A stretch of 63,228 nt of DNA, counting the filler, from Sphacelaria rigidula (lineage: Eukaryota), in NCBI GenBank assembly GCA_964200075.2. It is 11 parts of 11 records of this genome, joined end to end, with 100 filler letters (N's around TTAATTAATTAA, not from the genome) between each part and the next. Parts side by side here need not be neighbours in the genome. Positions count along the whole stretch, not along the records: positions 11,517 to 17,174 come from CAXNAA020025494.1; positions 17,275 to 22,931 come from CAXNAA020025495.1; positions 23,032 to 28,688 come from CAXNAA020025496.1; 8 more parts are not named here. The stretch is one strand, 5' to 3'. The first letter of the stretch is position 1. Every line of letters begins with the position of its first letter. Below, in pieces: positions 12,528 through 23,446 of the stretch. The notes under the pieces are model-generated. The model worked only from the letters and a program-made list of their open reading frames with translations. It did no database searches and was not told the origin of the DNA. The position numbers and the translations under genes were made by a program.

Positions 12528-13196
12528 GAAGCAGCTCGAGTTCCTCATGGTGTAGCATACCGTACGTCGTTGGGCAGTAGTTCATTAAAACCCAGTTTCT
12601 CTGTGTATCAACCCCCGATCGCAAGAGAAGTTTGGCAATTTTGGTCACCATCTACTAGGATCTACAGTGCGGCATCGGGATACTTTGAATACCGCCATCC
12701 TAGATTATCCGGGCGATGACTTTTTGGAGCCGAAAACTGTGATCACCCGGAGGACAACGAGAACTTACGAGAACCCAACAGTATCCAGCGAGGTACTGAA
12801 TGATCACGCTCTCCAGGGAGTTTTATATCAAGCGCGGCCATGTACCGCGTAGAAACCATTGTCGTCACACGCCAACACGCAGGTGTATCCTGAACGAAAG
12901 AACATGGATATATCCCACGCACAACCGCAACCGACGCTAGAAACGAAGGCATGGGATTGCGAACCAAATCAACCCGAACCAGGTTGAAAACCTCCAAGAT
13001 ATCCTAAGATCGTAACCTCAGTAGTAGTACCCACAATGAGCATCATATATTGCAATATCCCTTTGAACCAAATGATCACCTTCTCTGCCTCTTTTTGTGC
13101 AGCCTCCAGCAGCTTTCCGTTCATGCCCTCCGCGTCCTGAACGTCGGCCACTGCTTGGGGCGACGATGAGGCGGCACTTCTCTCAGCACTCAGAAC
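11594..13196 (-). CDS. 5' exons of a probable DDM1/HELLS(LSH)-like SNF2 chromatin remodeller (partial; ATPase beyond contig end)
   Basis: Three open phase-0 exons 13196-13080, 12455-12327 and 11887-11594 with AG/GT ends read ...LLEAAQKEAEK|ELEELELL...SSLTQ|EERQQRREYLL...EQLASLLSKAEQYSMFIRQSQ. The last motif matches the L-x2-LL-x-K-x3-YS-x-F N-terminal helix of HELLS/DDM1. Possible first exon ends at 13437 (MGCQ|GTATGA). Confidence 0.6.
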
Positions 13197-15159
13197 CTGG
13201 AACGACGACAGAAAACGTGGAAGTCATTTTTCATATAAATCCATCACTTTTGTGCAGGAGAGACCAGGCAGCGACACCGAGAGCCGTAAAATCGATACTC
13301 TTTGAACCAATGAAGGTCAATCCGCTATCTGCACCACACCAACCGCCAATGATATCAATGATACTGGTTTAACGAGTATCGATTCTACGGTGCGATATCT
13401 CCGGAGAAGGGAAAAACTCATCGTCCATAGTCATACTTGGCACCCCATGCGGTGCGACAGTGGCGGTTCGAGGGGCAGGGCGGACCTCGATTTTCTCCAC
13501 GGAACCGTCTCAAATGGAGAGCGTACAGCACCAGGAGCCAGAAATGGCCTACTGCTGATGGCTCTACCGTGCGGTATATGGCGACGCAAGGATCGTAATA
13601 GAGCCATGCGTAACACCTCCAGTAACGAGATTGCTGAATAAGCAAGCGGGCGGGTACGAACACCGGTGTCTGTACTAGTGTTCGTTTTTCTTTGATATCA
13701 TTGCTTGCTCCTGAAGGCGGGTGCCCCAAGGATGAGCCGGCACCTGGATTTTCTCCGAGTGATCACGACAGGAGGATAACAGTACAGATGCGAGCATCGA
13801 CGTAGCTGCGAAGGGTCTCGGTTCGTTCCCGGGCGTAAGGAGTAGTATTAGGGTGATTCAACGAAAATACGAAAATAAATACTTCCTGATGTCACATTCA
13901 GCCACTACTGTATCCCTGACCGGCGGTATGGGCTATCAAACCAGAGCTGCGCAAGAAGAATGCAAATTTTCATACTGCATCGAAATTACAAGCGCCCTGT
14001 GGGTGTAAGCTACGGATGCCTATCGATGAGTCTCGGTTACCGAGTGCATGTCTCGCTGCGATTTGTTCCACGTGGTGTTGCGTCATCAATTTCATCTCAT
14101 TAATTATGTGAACGCAACAGCAAGGACATTTTTACAAAGTGCAGCAAGTACTGCAAAACGACCTCCACCAATAAGGTGTGACCCGGAAAAGTTGGGGCTG
14201 GTGGTCTTGAAATACCCCGGGTGATATATCTCGCAACCGTTAGTATCCCGATGCTCGAAAATACACTCGTCGTACACTTACTTACGTTGACTACCTGCTA
14301 CTGCGGCACAAACGGCATGCATGCTATACAAAACAAGAGCGTGGCACACAATGAATATACCGTACCCATAGGAGTGATACTACGAAAGAGGTGAGGTGTC
14401 TTGAGATCATTTCTCCCACGGATTTCCACCTATAATCGTCGGTGAAAGCAGCAAAGTTTGTTCGAAAGCGCTTGTTACCAATACGATACACTCATTCCCA
14501 CCACTTCACATCGTTTTCACCTAACTACAAGCGCATCGCGAGTAATTACGTCGTCAGACAACACACCTGTGAGCCTCTGTTTCTCGTGTTCCAGGACAGA
14601 GAACTCACTACACAGTTTTGGGCCTTGTCGACTAGTATGCACGCTCGTTCCTTGTTGACTTTGTTGATTCAACACCGACTGTAATGCTCCAGGTGGAGCA
14701 CCCATACTCTACGGCATCAACGGTGCTAAGCCCAGACAAGGTACCATCGTGGGAAGCGGGGTCCTTTCACTCAGGACGGACAGATGGCGCAGCAGGCGTT
14801 CAAACTCGGTGTAGGAAGCAGACGGCGGAGTAAGGTTACTGCGCACATCGCGAGCGTTTGTCACTTGGAAAACTGATCTCCCGCGGGACTTGATAACTAA
14901 ATTGGTGCACACGAATGCCGTACTGCTGATCGTGTCTGGCGTGGAACCAGGCATGCATAGCATGGCCCTCTGTTGGTGAGTAAATACTCCGCAAGAGCTC
15001 GGTAAAATAAAAAATTCTGGATCACCAGAATATTCACACGTCGAACAGCTCGTGAGCTAACTCATCTGCGGGCTGTAGCTTACTTATAATGAAGCGTGTA
15101 CATGTGAACTACACCCGATAGCTTGACCAGGACAATGGTGCGCCGATGAGCTGCGGGTT

Positions 15160-15643
15160 GGTGGCTCACCCAGGGAAAACATGCGTACCTCATGTAGCTT
15201 TCATAGATCACCCAGGGAAAGCATGCGCAGCTCATGTAGCTCTCAGCTCAGTAGGGAACTAGAAAGGGCTAGCTCGAGCTACACGGAGCTTATCTGTCCC
15301 ATGTGTGGAGCTTTTCTATTTTTGCCTTCCGGTCGCGCGTGAAGAACTGTCAACAGGAGTTGAAGCCATATAGAAACATTCATGACGTGGGAGTATCGGA
15401 TCGGAAGTTCCCGTTCCGCCCCCACTTTTTCAATAGATTTTTTTCCCAAGACACCCTCGACCCTAGCCTCCAAGGCTTGCCTGAAAAATGCCTGAGCTAC
15501 CGCTTCCTAAAGTGCAGTTCAGTACAGTATGCAATACCGTAGATTACAGGACACCACAGTACACTACATTGTGTAGCCCATGTGCTCTCATAGCTTATCC
15601 AGGACAAACATGCGTAGCTCATGTAGCTCTCAGCTCAGTAGGG
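15160..15643 (+). repeat. Three dispersed copies of a ~35-50 bp unit (CCAGGGAAA.CATGCG.A.CTCATGTAGCT)
   Basis: Copies near 15170, 15212 and 15599; the last two extend through CTCAGCTCAGTAGGGA. Confidence 0.75.
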
Positions 15644-16439
15644 AGCGACGCTATAAGAGCAAAATCGGACTACAGGGAGTTGATCAGAGCGACGTTTGGA
15701 GATTTTCACGTGCAAATCTCGATAAGTCTTGATCGAACTTGCTATTGGAAGAATACGATGGCGACCACCTTCGTGGACTTCAGGCTACCATGACGTCTCC
15801 CACGGAAGTTCTGCTCCTGGATGTAAGAGGACGTCGCTCCTCGCCAAGGTTGAAGGGGTTCGTGTCAGACATCACAGTTCGCGCCAGAGGAGCTGCAAGT
15901 CGAGCTGCCGCGCGAGTTAAAGAGGGACCATTCAGCCTAGTACCCCCAGATTTTCAACAGAGCCCAAACGGTAACTGTTAACTGTGTGCTTCGAGCATTC
16001 ATCCATGAGCGGATTAAGTATCATGACACAGCTAGCACGATCGGTTGCTGCTTCCTCGCCGGTCTAGTATCATACCCTCCATAATTATGATTGGACAATG
16101 AATGTAAGAAGACAAAAAAAAATGGTCATGCTGATCGCCATCGAACTCGTCGCTTCGAAACCCACCTGTTGCATCGGCCAATATGCACTCGATGACACAC
16201 CTTCCACGATACCACCCCCACCTTATCGGAAGGGAACACCGCCCGGTACTCATGCATCTCCATATATGACATGAAAGATTGACAGATAGGAACCCGCGCG
16301 ACACTTTCGCGAAACCGGCTCCTCGATATCCACCAGATGGTCGTTGTTACTACGCACAAATCATGTCGCCAGCAACAACTATACAAGATATCACATGCCG
16401 CTTGCAGTGTCGTTCCCTTTCATGGACACCTATGGGACC

Positions 16440-16808
16440 GCGGCTCCAGAACGACCAGTGAGGCTGGTCAGGAATGACGTGTCTGGTGTCTACACGAAAC
16501 ATACAGTGGCGTATGAAACTCCGCGTGTGTAACCTGACGAAGACCGAAAGTTTCATCCAATCTATTTTCAGGTGCAGGGTGCGCATTAGGTAGTGTATAT
16601 CTGATGTAGCAAGCAGCGGTGGAGAGCTTCCAACAGGATACGGCGACCGGCGGGCCGCCCGCCACTTGTGGCTTTGGATGATATTATTGTCCCTATCACC
16701 TTGCCACACAGCCCTTTGTGGTCGGGGTGGGCCGCCATTTCCCTCTTTGTTGCATGCAGCAAATTATCTTCGAAGGATATATCAGCGTTGCGGCGAGCAT
16801 ACATACAG
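16440..16808 (+). repeat. Unclassified dispersed repeat; diverged inverted copy at ~30402-30805
   Basis: Colinear reverse-complement blocks, e.g. CTCCAGAACGACCA.TGAGGCTGGT, GAAGACCGAAAGTTT.ATCCAATCTA, ATCACCTTGCCACACAGCCC. Confidence 0.85.
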
Positions 16809-17682
16809 TATAGTACAGTACAAGTACAGTGCAGTACGCCTCCCCCACTACAGCAGCAGCTGCCGTTGCATACTCCCTTGCACGTTCTGGGCAATTCCCA
16901 GCAACCGAGATCAACTGCCTATACACCGCTTCTTCACCGCCACTTACTGTTACAGGGTGGATAATGACCCTGTATAGTAGACTATAGAGCAATTGGATCA
17001 TGGCTACACCTTCTTCAGTCTAATGATGACTTGGTGGGAAACATATAGTGCAACTCTGTCCCCTACCGGGCCACAGAGAAAGCACACGAAAGCAAACCAA
17101 TTCTGAAGGCAAAACTGATAATCGTCGCCCGACTATTGTATTGCACTTCGCATCCGCTGACCACTGCTAACGACNNNNNNNNNNNNNNNNNNNNNNNNNN
17201 NNNNNNNNNNNNNNNNNNTTAATTAATTAANNNNNNNNNNNNNNNNNNNNNNNNNNNNNNNNNNNNNNNNNNNNCATGCCGTAGTCATCAGACCATTGAC
17301 CTCGCATCTCTACGAAGCTGGGAAGGAGCACGCCCGGTTCCCGCCGGACCAGGCTCGCAATCAATCACCAAGCACGAAGCGCCGTGATGTGTTCGACGAG
17401 TTGCATGAAGGGGGAGCTGCATCCTGTTGAGATTGTCCGGCCCGAAGCGCGCTGATTATATTGCATTTGGATGACAGCCTCGAACGAGTTGCGCTAGTCT
17501 TTCAACACCTTTCATGCCAGTTCGGGGCAGATTGGGGGGGGGGGGGGGGGTTAGGAAAAATAAAAAAACCCGATCTTGTTTTTTTTTTTTTCCACTGTTC
17601 CCCTCAACTTTGACTTTTCTGGAGAAGCNNNNNNNNNNTTTTTTTGTTTCTTGGTGCTGCGGTTGGTGGTTTCGTTTGGTGT

Positions 17683-17731
<49 letters not shown>

Positions 17732-18151
17732 TATGATAAATGAATACACACGATCTCGTTCTTTCTTTTTTCCAACGTTACCCTCAACGTTGACATTTGC
17801 TGGAAAGCCTGTGACCTCGAGGATGCGCTTCTTTCACTCGCGCAATCCACGGGTCAATCAATGTACATGGGAGACTTTCACTTTGCAACCGGGGTACCAC
17901 AAGTCGTATACAGTGTGTATGGGATTTAGTCAAGACAGGGGAGTTATTCCCTTGTCTGAAACCAAGATAAACAAGGCAAAAGAGGAGGAAAAAATAACAG
18001 CCGAAATCTATTCGTTCAAACGGTCTACTTTGAGATGCCTTGTCCTCCATGTATGTTGATTGTTGGTAAACACGAAGAAAAAATCAAAGGGGCGAATGTG
18101 TCTACACAGTCACAGACTTTTGCAGCAAATATTTTGTTCTGTTCTGACTAA

Positions 18152-18388
18152 TGCCGAGATAGCCCCCCCACGGAAAGTGCACCGGAGACCGTCCGACAAA
18201 CCGGCTACGATCTCACTATAGGGCTCTTTTGCAGAAATTCCACCCACATGAGAGGCGTGTAGCTGTCCAAAATCAGCTATAACGCCCAATTGAGTCGCGT
18301 CGTGCAGCACAATACCACCACTCTCGGCATTTATGATCATCGCCTCCGTGCACATTTTTGGCCGGTTCGGGGGGGGGCTATCTCTGCA
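18152..18388. mobile_element. MITE (~237 bp)
   Basis: TIR TGCCGAGATAGCCCCCCC / GGGGGGGCTATCTCTGCA (17/18). Confidence 0.6.
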
Positions 18389-18477
18389 GCAGTCTTCTAC
18401 CTATTCTGTTTTTTTTTCCTCCCCTTATTCAGTGGGTGTTGTAATTTTGTTTTTTTGTGGTACGTCGATAATGTTAC

Positions 18478-18538
18478 AACGACTGGATCCCTGGGAGGGT
18501 CAGTTAAAGCGCGACAATCAATCAATCAATCAATCAAA
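18478..18538 (+). mobile_element. Non-LTR retroposon 3' tail ending in (AATC)n; copies 59622-59776(+) and 61810-61877(-)
   Basis: CG.CTGGA.CCCTGGG.GG..AGTTAAAG.GCGACAATCAATCAATC in three contigs. Confidence 0.75.
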
Positions 18539-18983
18539 TGCAGTGTTAGGGATGCTCACGTTTGGGACAAGAAAAAAATGACGAGGCAAGTCGCGTACCT
18601 TCATACAAGGTTAGCGCTCTGTGATGAGTGATCTTACTCTTTTGGCTGTTGTTGTTTTCTTGTTTTTTTGCTCTTTTTTTTGGGGTTGGATACGCCTACA
18701 CCATTTTGTACCTGTGACAGTTTCATGGAGAAGGATACTAGCGTTGTATGTCGATGAGAGAGTCATGCCACGATCAGAGCCAGGTATTTTGGGCCATTTC
18801 TTCCACGAGATTTCAATTCAAACCGTCGTCAAAAACAGCAACTTTTTTTCGAACACGCTTGTTACCAATGAAACGAACAAATATACTGCTTGACACCGTT
18901 CCCACGCAAATACAAGCGCACCGCGAGTGTGCTGGGTCGTCTGAAACACATATGCGTCCTGTTTTTCGTCAAACACTTTCCCC

Positions 18984-19473
18984 CTGGTCCGGCGAGAACC
19001 CGGCGTGCTCCGTCCCGGCTTTGTAGGGGCGGTTGGCGTCGGTTGGTGATGACGCTATAAATCACGCACTCACTGCGTAAGCTAGGCAACCAGGTTACCG
19101 ATTTCTTTTGCNNNNNNNNNNCTCAACTCCGCACAATGGGGATGATCGTACGACATAGTGTTTAAATGGTGAGGCACCCATGAGACAGTGTGTAAGCCGT
19201 GGCTGTCTCTGGAAGTGGTGATATCAGAAAATGAAGCAACTCATTGGAGGCTGTCATTCAAATGCAAGATATTCGGTAGGCCTCGGACCGAGCAATCTTA
19301 GCAGGGTGCAGTTAATCCTTCATGCGACTCGCCAAGCACACCACGGCGCTTCGCGCTTGGTGACTGAGAGTGCGAGCCTGGTCCAGCGAAAACCCGGCGT
19401 GCTCCGTCCCGGCTTTGTAGAGATGCGAGGTCAATGGTCGTGTGACTATGGCATGCATGATCATGAGTGTACC
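18984..19473 (+). mobile_element. High-copy ~500-bp non-coding element (family A); other copies 17275-17500(-), 23032-23120(+), 28206-28620(-), 34546-34600(-), 44311-44818(+), 44836-44905(+), 46060-46186(+), 56577-56935(-), 58179-58491(-)
   Basis: Shared blocks GGCTGTCTCTGGAAGTG, GAAGCAACTCA.TGGAGGCTG, CACCACGGCGCTTCGCGCTTGGTGA, AAACCCGGCGTGCTCCGTCCCGGCTTTGTAGGGATGCGAGGTCAATGGT, ending CATGAGTACACCCC. Confidence 0.9.
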
Positions 19474-19483
19474 GAAATGTCTG

Positions 19484-19582
19484 AGGTGTCTCTATTAGGA
19501 GTAGGAACGGTGCTCCGTCTCGAAAGGGATGCGTGGTCAATGGTCAAACAACCATGGCAAGCAATTAATGAGTACGCCCCCC
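19484..19582 (+). mobile_element. Family B 3' tail, related to family A; copies 40626-40701(+), 50683-50730(+), 58505-58606(-)
   Basis: GCTCCGTCTCGAAAGGGAT.CGTGGTCAATGGTCAAA...GGCAAGCAA..AATGAGTACGCCCCC. Confidence 0.8.
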
Positions 19583-19838
19583 TCCACCCCCCTTGTCGTA
19601 GCATAACTCAAAAATGGCACCTGAAATGCCTCCCCACGCAGCAAAGGGGGAACATTAGGTCACGCAACTCCATGTTTCGGCATGGCTAGGTTCGACGGCT
19701 GTAACGTATCGCGGGTAACCCACGAAGAGGCTCCGCTATTATTGGGGTGGGGGCGAGTCGGCCATGTGATCCACAACGCATGGTTGAACTTTCCAAGAAT
19801 AGAGGAAATTCGAAAAGGTCATCATTCGTGCCGACTCA

Positions 19839-21113
19839 GGGCGTGTTTGAGCACATTTTGTCTGATCGAAAAAGGGCGGCGGGAAAAAAGAATATCGATC
19901 TCATTGATCCACGGCATTTCTGTTCCTAGCTGGCTTCAACTATTTTTTATAATTAGTGACGCGCGCATGAAAAGTAGAATATAGTGAAGGTAAGCTTTTT
20001 GGATGGAAAACATGCGGAGATGGGTACGAAGGGGCACTTGACTCCTATCTTCGCAGACCAAAACGACAAGTGCCACCTGTTCACAGAACCATGCAAACCC
20101 CATACAAGTCATCATCAGCTATCACCGCAACCATGCAGCATAAAGCACGAGTACTTGGGTACGATTCGTTTTTTTTTTTGTCGGCGAAAACTTGAGCATC
20201 TTTCTTCATTTCATGGTTGGGATCGGCGACGGAACTGCGTGGCGGGGTGGGGCGACAGACCGACTTGCGTCCACCTCTGATGAACAATGCAGGCCGTACA
20301 AACTGCACGTTGTTCAGGTCCTTTTCACGTCGCATCCAATTCAGAGAGTATAGATAGTCCTGCGCTGTCTGTACCGCACGCTGCCCGCTTCTCTTTCGCA
20401 TCCTACTGCACGAAACATGCACACACACACTCAGACACACTGTATGCAAACAGTGCAAATAGTACAGTACTGTTGTCTGTACTGTAGACAAGCGAACAAG
20501 TACCGCTTCTCGAATTTCACTGTCTTTTTTCGATTGAAAGCTTGCAAATAAGGCTAACTCTAATGGCAGCCGTTCAAGATTCCTGTTCAGCACTGCCTTT
20601 TTGGCCCATCTTCGTCGATTTACGCCCGAAAAGAGGGCTAGGCCGATGTTGACGCCTTGGAATGACTTGCTCTACTCATTTAGGCCATTCCAGGGCAACT
20701 TCGCATTTCCCGCTGGCCGCACTTTAGTTTCTGGCCGAATGAGGCGAGGCACAGATTTTCAGTAAAAAACAGTCAGGTGATCAAAATTTCTTCCTGTTCT
20801 CTGATCGCTTGACCGTTTTTTTTGGAAATCCATGTCTGGCTAGAAATAAAGTGCGGCCAGCGGGAAATGCAAGGTTGCCATGGAACGGCCTCAATGAGTA
20901 GAGTAAATCATTCCGAGGCGTCAACATCCGCCTAGCCCTTTTTTCAGGCGTAAAACGACGGAGAAAAAAAAAGCAGTTTTGAGCAGGAATTTTGAACGGC
21001 TCCCATTAGAGTCGGTCTTAGCTCTGACCCAACTAGCGGAAAATAAACGAATTCGCTCAAACCAATTCCACCACACTTTTTTTCGACCGGAAAGCATGTG
21101 CTGAGGCGCGCCC
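19839..21113 (+). mobile_element. PIF/Harbinger-type non-autonomous element (~810 bp excluding the nested MITE)
   Basis: TIR GGGCGTGTTTGAGCACAT / ATGTGCTGAGGCGCGCCC; 3-bp TSD TCA at 19836-19838 and 21114-21116; homologous to 32729-33543. Confidence 0.8.
20552..21017. mobile_element. Palindromic Tourist-like (PIF/Harbinger) MITE, 466 bp, nested
   Basis: Near end-to-end inverted repeat, termini GGCTAACTCTAATGG / CCATTAGAGTCGGTC, flanked by TAA/TTA; second copy at 31054-31525; empty site at ~33440. Confidence 0.9.
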
Positions 21114-21513
21114 TCACTTGATGTCCTAGAATGGTAAAACGACCACGAGACAAATTCCGCCGCATTTTTTACGCCTGTACGGAAGCGGCTCCTCAAAATC
21201 AAATCAGAAGACGATTGATTGCACTAGAAAATTACGCCAATGGAGAGGGGCAATGACTGAAAGCACTGCGCAGTCAGGAGGTCGAAAATATCAGCATGTA
21301 ACTCGGGCGACGGCCTTGTGGTTGTTTACGATTGATTTTCGTTGTTTTCGTTATATCTTTTGTACATGATGAAGATAGTGGGGCATAGTGATTTTGATGA
21401 TGGATAATGACAATGGTGATGATCGATGATTATGATGATGCTTGATGATGACGATGATTAATGATGACGATGATTGATGATGACGATAGTCATGCGGATG
21501 TTTCGCGGCACAG

Positions 21514-21683
21514 GTAACCTCGATCCTGGTCGTGGCCCTATTCCTGGCGACGGAGCTATATCCATTCGTGTCGGCCCTCGACAACGAGGTTCTCCTAGCG
21601 ATGTCCGGCGATGAAGTTGCGCCGAGTGATGGTAGCGGCGGCGTGGATTCCACCGGGAGAATCGGGAGCAGCGCTGGGAGCAG
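21514..21683 (+). CDS. Isolated internal exon, unknown protein with a hydrophobic segment
   Basis: CACAG| acceptor, CAG|GTGCGG donor, open frame VTSILVVALFLATELYPFVSALDNEVLLAMSGDEVAPSDGSGG..., GC-rich versus repeat-rich flanks. Confidence 0.5.
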
Positions 21684-21885
21684 GTGCGGCAAATTTGCGG
21701 TGAATAGAACCCGTCAACGCATGACCGATGTTTTTAGGACAGAGGTTTTTCGAGTGACTCGGAGCATCATCATCATTGGTCGGTCGGTTGAATCTGGCCA
21801 CTGGTTCGGCCGGCCAGGGTCTAAATCTGGCCATCAATGTCGTAAATGTACACACATATATATATATTATATATATATATATTAT

Positions 21886-22263
21886 TAGGGCTCGGAAATG
21901 GTTTGTCCAACCATTAACCAGTTGAATGGTAACGCATAGCGCACTCATTAACCAGTTCAATGGTACATAATGATTTGGTCATCGGAGGGCGCAACCGCGA
22001 GCCAAAAAGCTCTCCCCGGCAGAGAAGGCCCAGCCGGAGGCACGTTTTCACGCAATTTGGCTTCACTCGAGCTACAAAACACGAAGAAGTTTGACCAATT
22101 TTCAAGGGTTGTATGTAACGTACGTAGCCGGTAACGGCTTCTAAAGCCGGTAACGGTAAATAATAGTTTGAAACCATTGTCCAAATTCTTCATATAACCA
22201 TCACCAGTTTTCACCATTATAATGATAATGGCCAGTTATAACTGGTACCATTTCCGAGCTTTA
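21886..22263. mobile_element. hAT MITE (378 bp)
   Basis: TIR TAGGGCTCGGAAATGGT / ACCATTTCCGAGCTTTA; perfect 8-bp TSD TATATTAT. Confidence 0.9.
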
Positions 22264-22529
22264 TATATTATACACATGTACAAGCCGTCCGGGAGCGGGG
22301 CTTCGCCACGCCCTCGTCCGTCTTCTCTGAGGTTCGCGGTCTTTTTGCCATTCCAAGCCTTCGTGAGGATTGACCCTTCGTGGCTATGTTTATGTTGCAT
22401 ATATTCTCAAGAAGACGAGAAGTCTCCCGGGACTGCAGGTATGAATGATGAGGGAAAAAGCTTATCAAGGACAGTAGAGCGAGATGTATAAAAAAGAAAA
22501 GAGACGACAACTCATTCTCGCTCTTGTTT

Positions 22530-22827
22530 CAACAACGTTGTCGTGAGATTGAGAGTAGAGCGTTGATTGAGAGCGGGTTTTGTCATCCGCTTGAGTGTGA
22601 CCAATTTTACATCACCTGCGTGTTTTCTTGGCCTGTGATACTGGCGTGTGCTTACGGCTGCACATCCAGATCCTACCCAGGGGTATCAATGGGTTCAGTG
22701 GCGAGCTATTAAGGAAAGCATATCGGACCTCGTGGGGGTTCATTTCGGAACTGAAACAATTTATTCATCAAGATCGTTTCTCATTCTCAATCGTATCCTC
22801 TACTCTCAAACTCACGAAAACGCTGTT
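22530..22827. mobile_element. ~300-bp MITE; inverted copy ~36969-37270 and truncated copy from ~45893
   Basis: TIR AACAACGTTGTCGTGAGATTGAGAGT / ACTCTCAAACTCACGAAAACGCTGTT; internal sequence colinear with the 36969-37270 reverse complement. Confidence 0.75.
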
Positions 22828-23446
22828 TTTTCTGGTATTTTTGTTTTGTTCGTTTTTTGTTCCATTTCTTGTGTATCGCGTCTCTGTGGATTTTTTTGGG
22901 GTCCGATTCCATGTTATGTTTTTTTTTTACCNNNNNNNNNNNNNNNNNNNNNNNNNNNNNNNNNNNNNNNNNNNNTTAATTAATTAANNNNNNNNNNNNN
23001 NNNNNNNNNNNNNNNNNNNNNNNNNNNNNNNCCAATCCAAAACCCGGCGTGCTCCGTCCCGGTTTTGTAGGGATGCGAGGTCAATGGTCTTATGACTATG
23101 GCATACAAAATTACACCCTGCCCCCCCCCAAGAAAAAACCCGCGGGCCGAAACACTATCCAGCAACCCCAGGTAGGGAGGTCACCCCTTCAGAAAATAAA
23201 ATCAGTCCCAGTTCGTGCTGGCTATCGGCTTTACTTCCTACAAACGTTCCACACGTTCAAGATATAACAGAAACAAGAGGAATGAGAGGAAAAAAGCTAA
23301 ACACCACTTGTGTTAACGAGTCTGATAGGGTGCTGGCTTTTGCAGATCGTCGATCACTAGCCCGCAGAATCGGTATTTTTGCGGATACAGCTCTGGAATG
23401 TTGATTTTGAACTGTCTCTTCTTCATGCAAATGTGGTTGATATTTT

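Noticed and set aside
17530..17810. Apparent duplicated segment and poly-Pro/Gly ORFs
   Set aside because: 17551-17628 is a noisy copy of 17731-17808 after poly-G beside a 10-N gap; likely low-quality read ends. The same applies to 50460-50685 and 28625-28688.
18984..19582. Hammerhead ribozyme in families A/B
   Set aside because: No CTGANGA core paired with the GAAA motif was found by eye in these copies.
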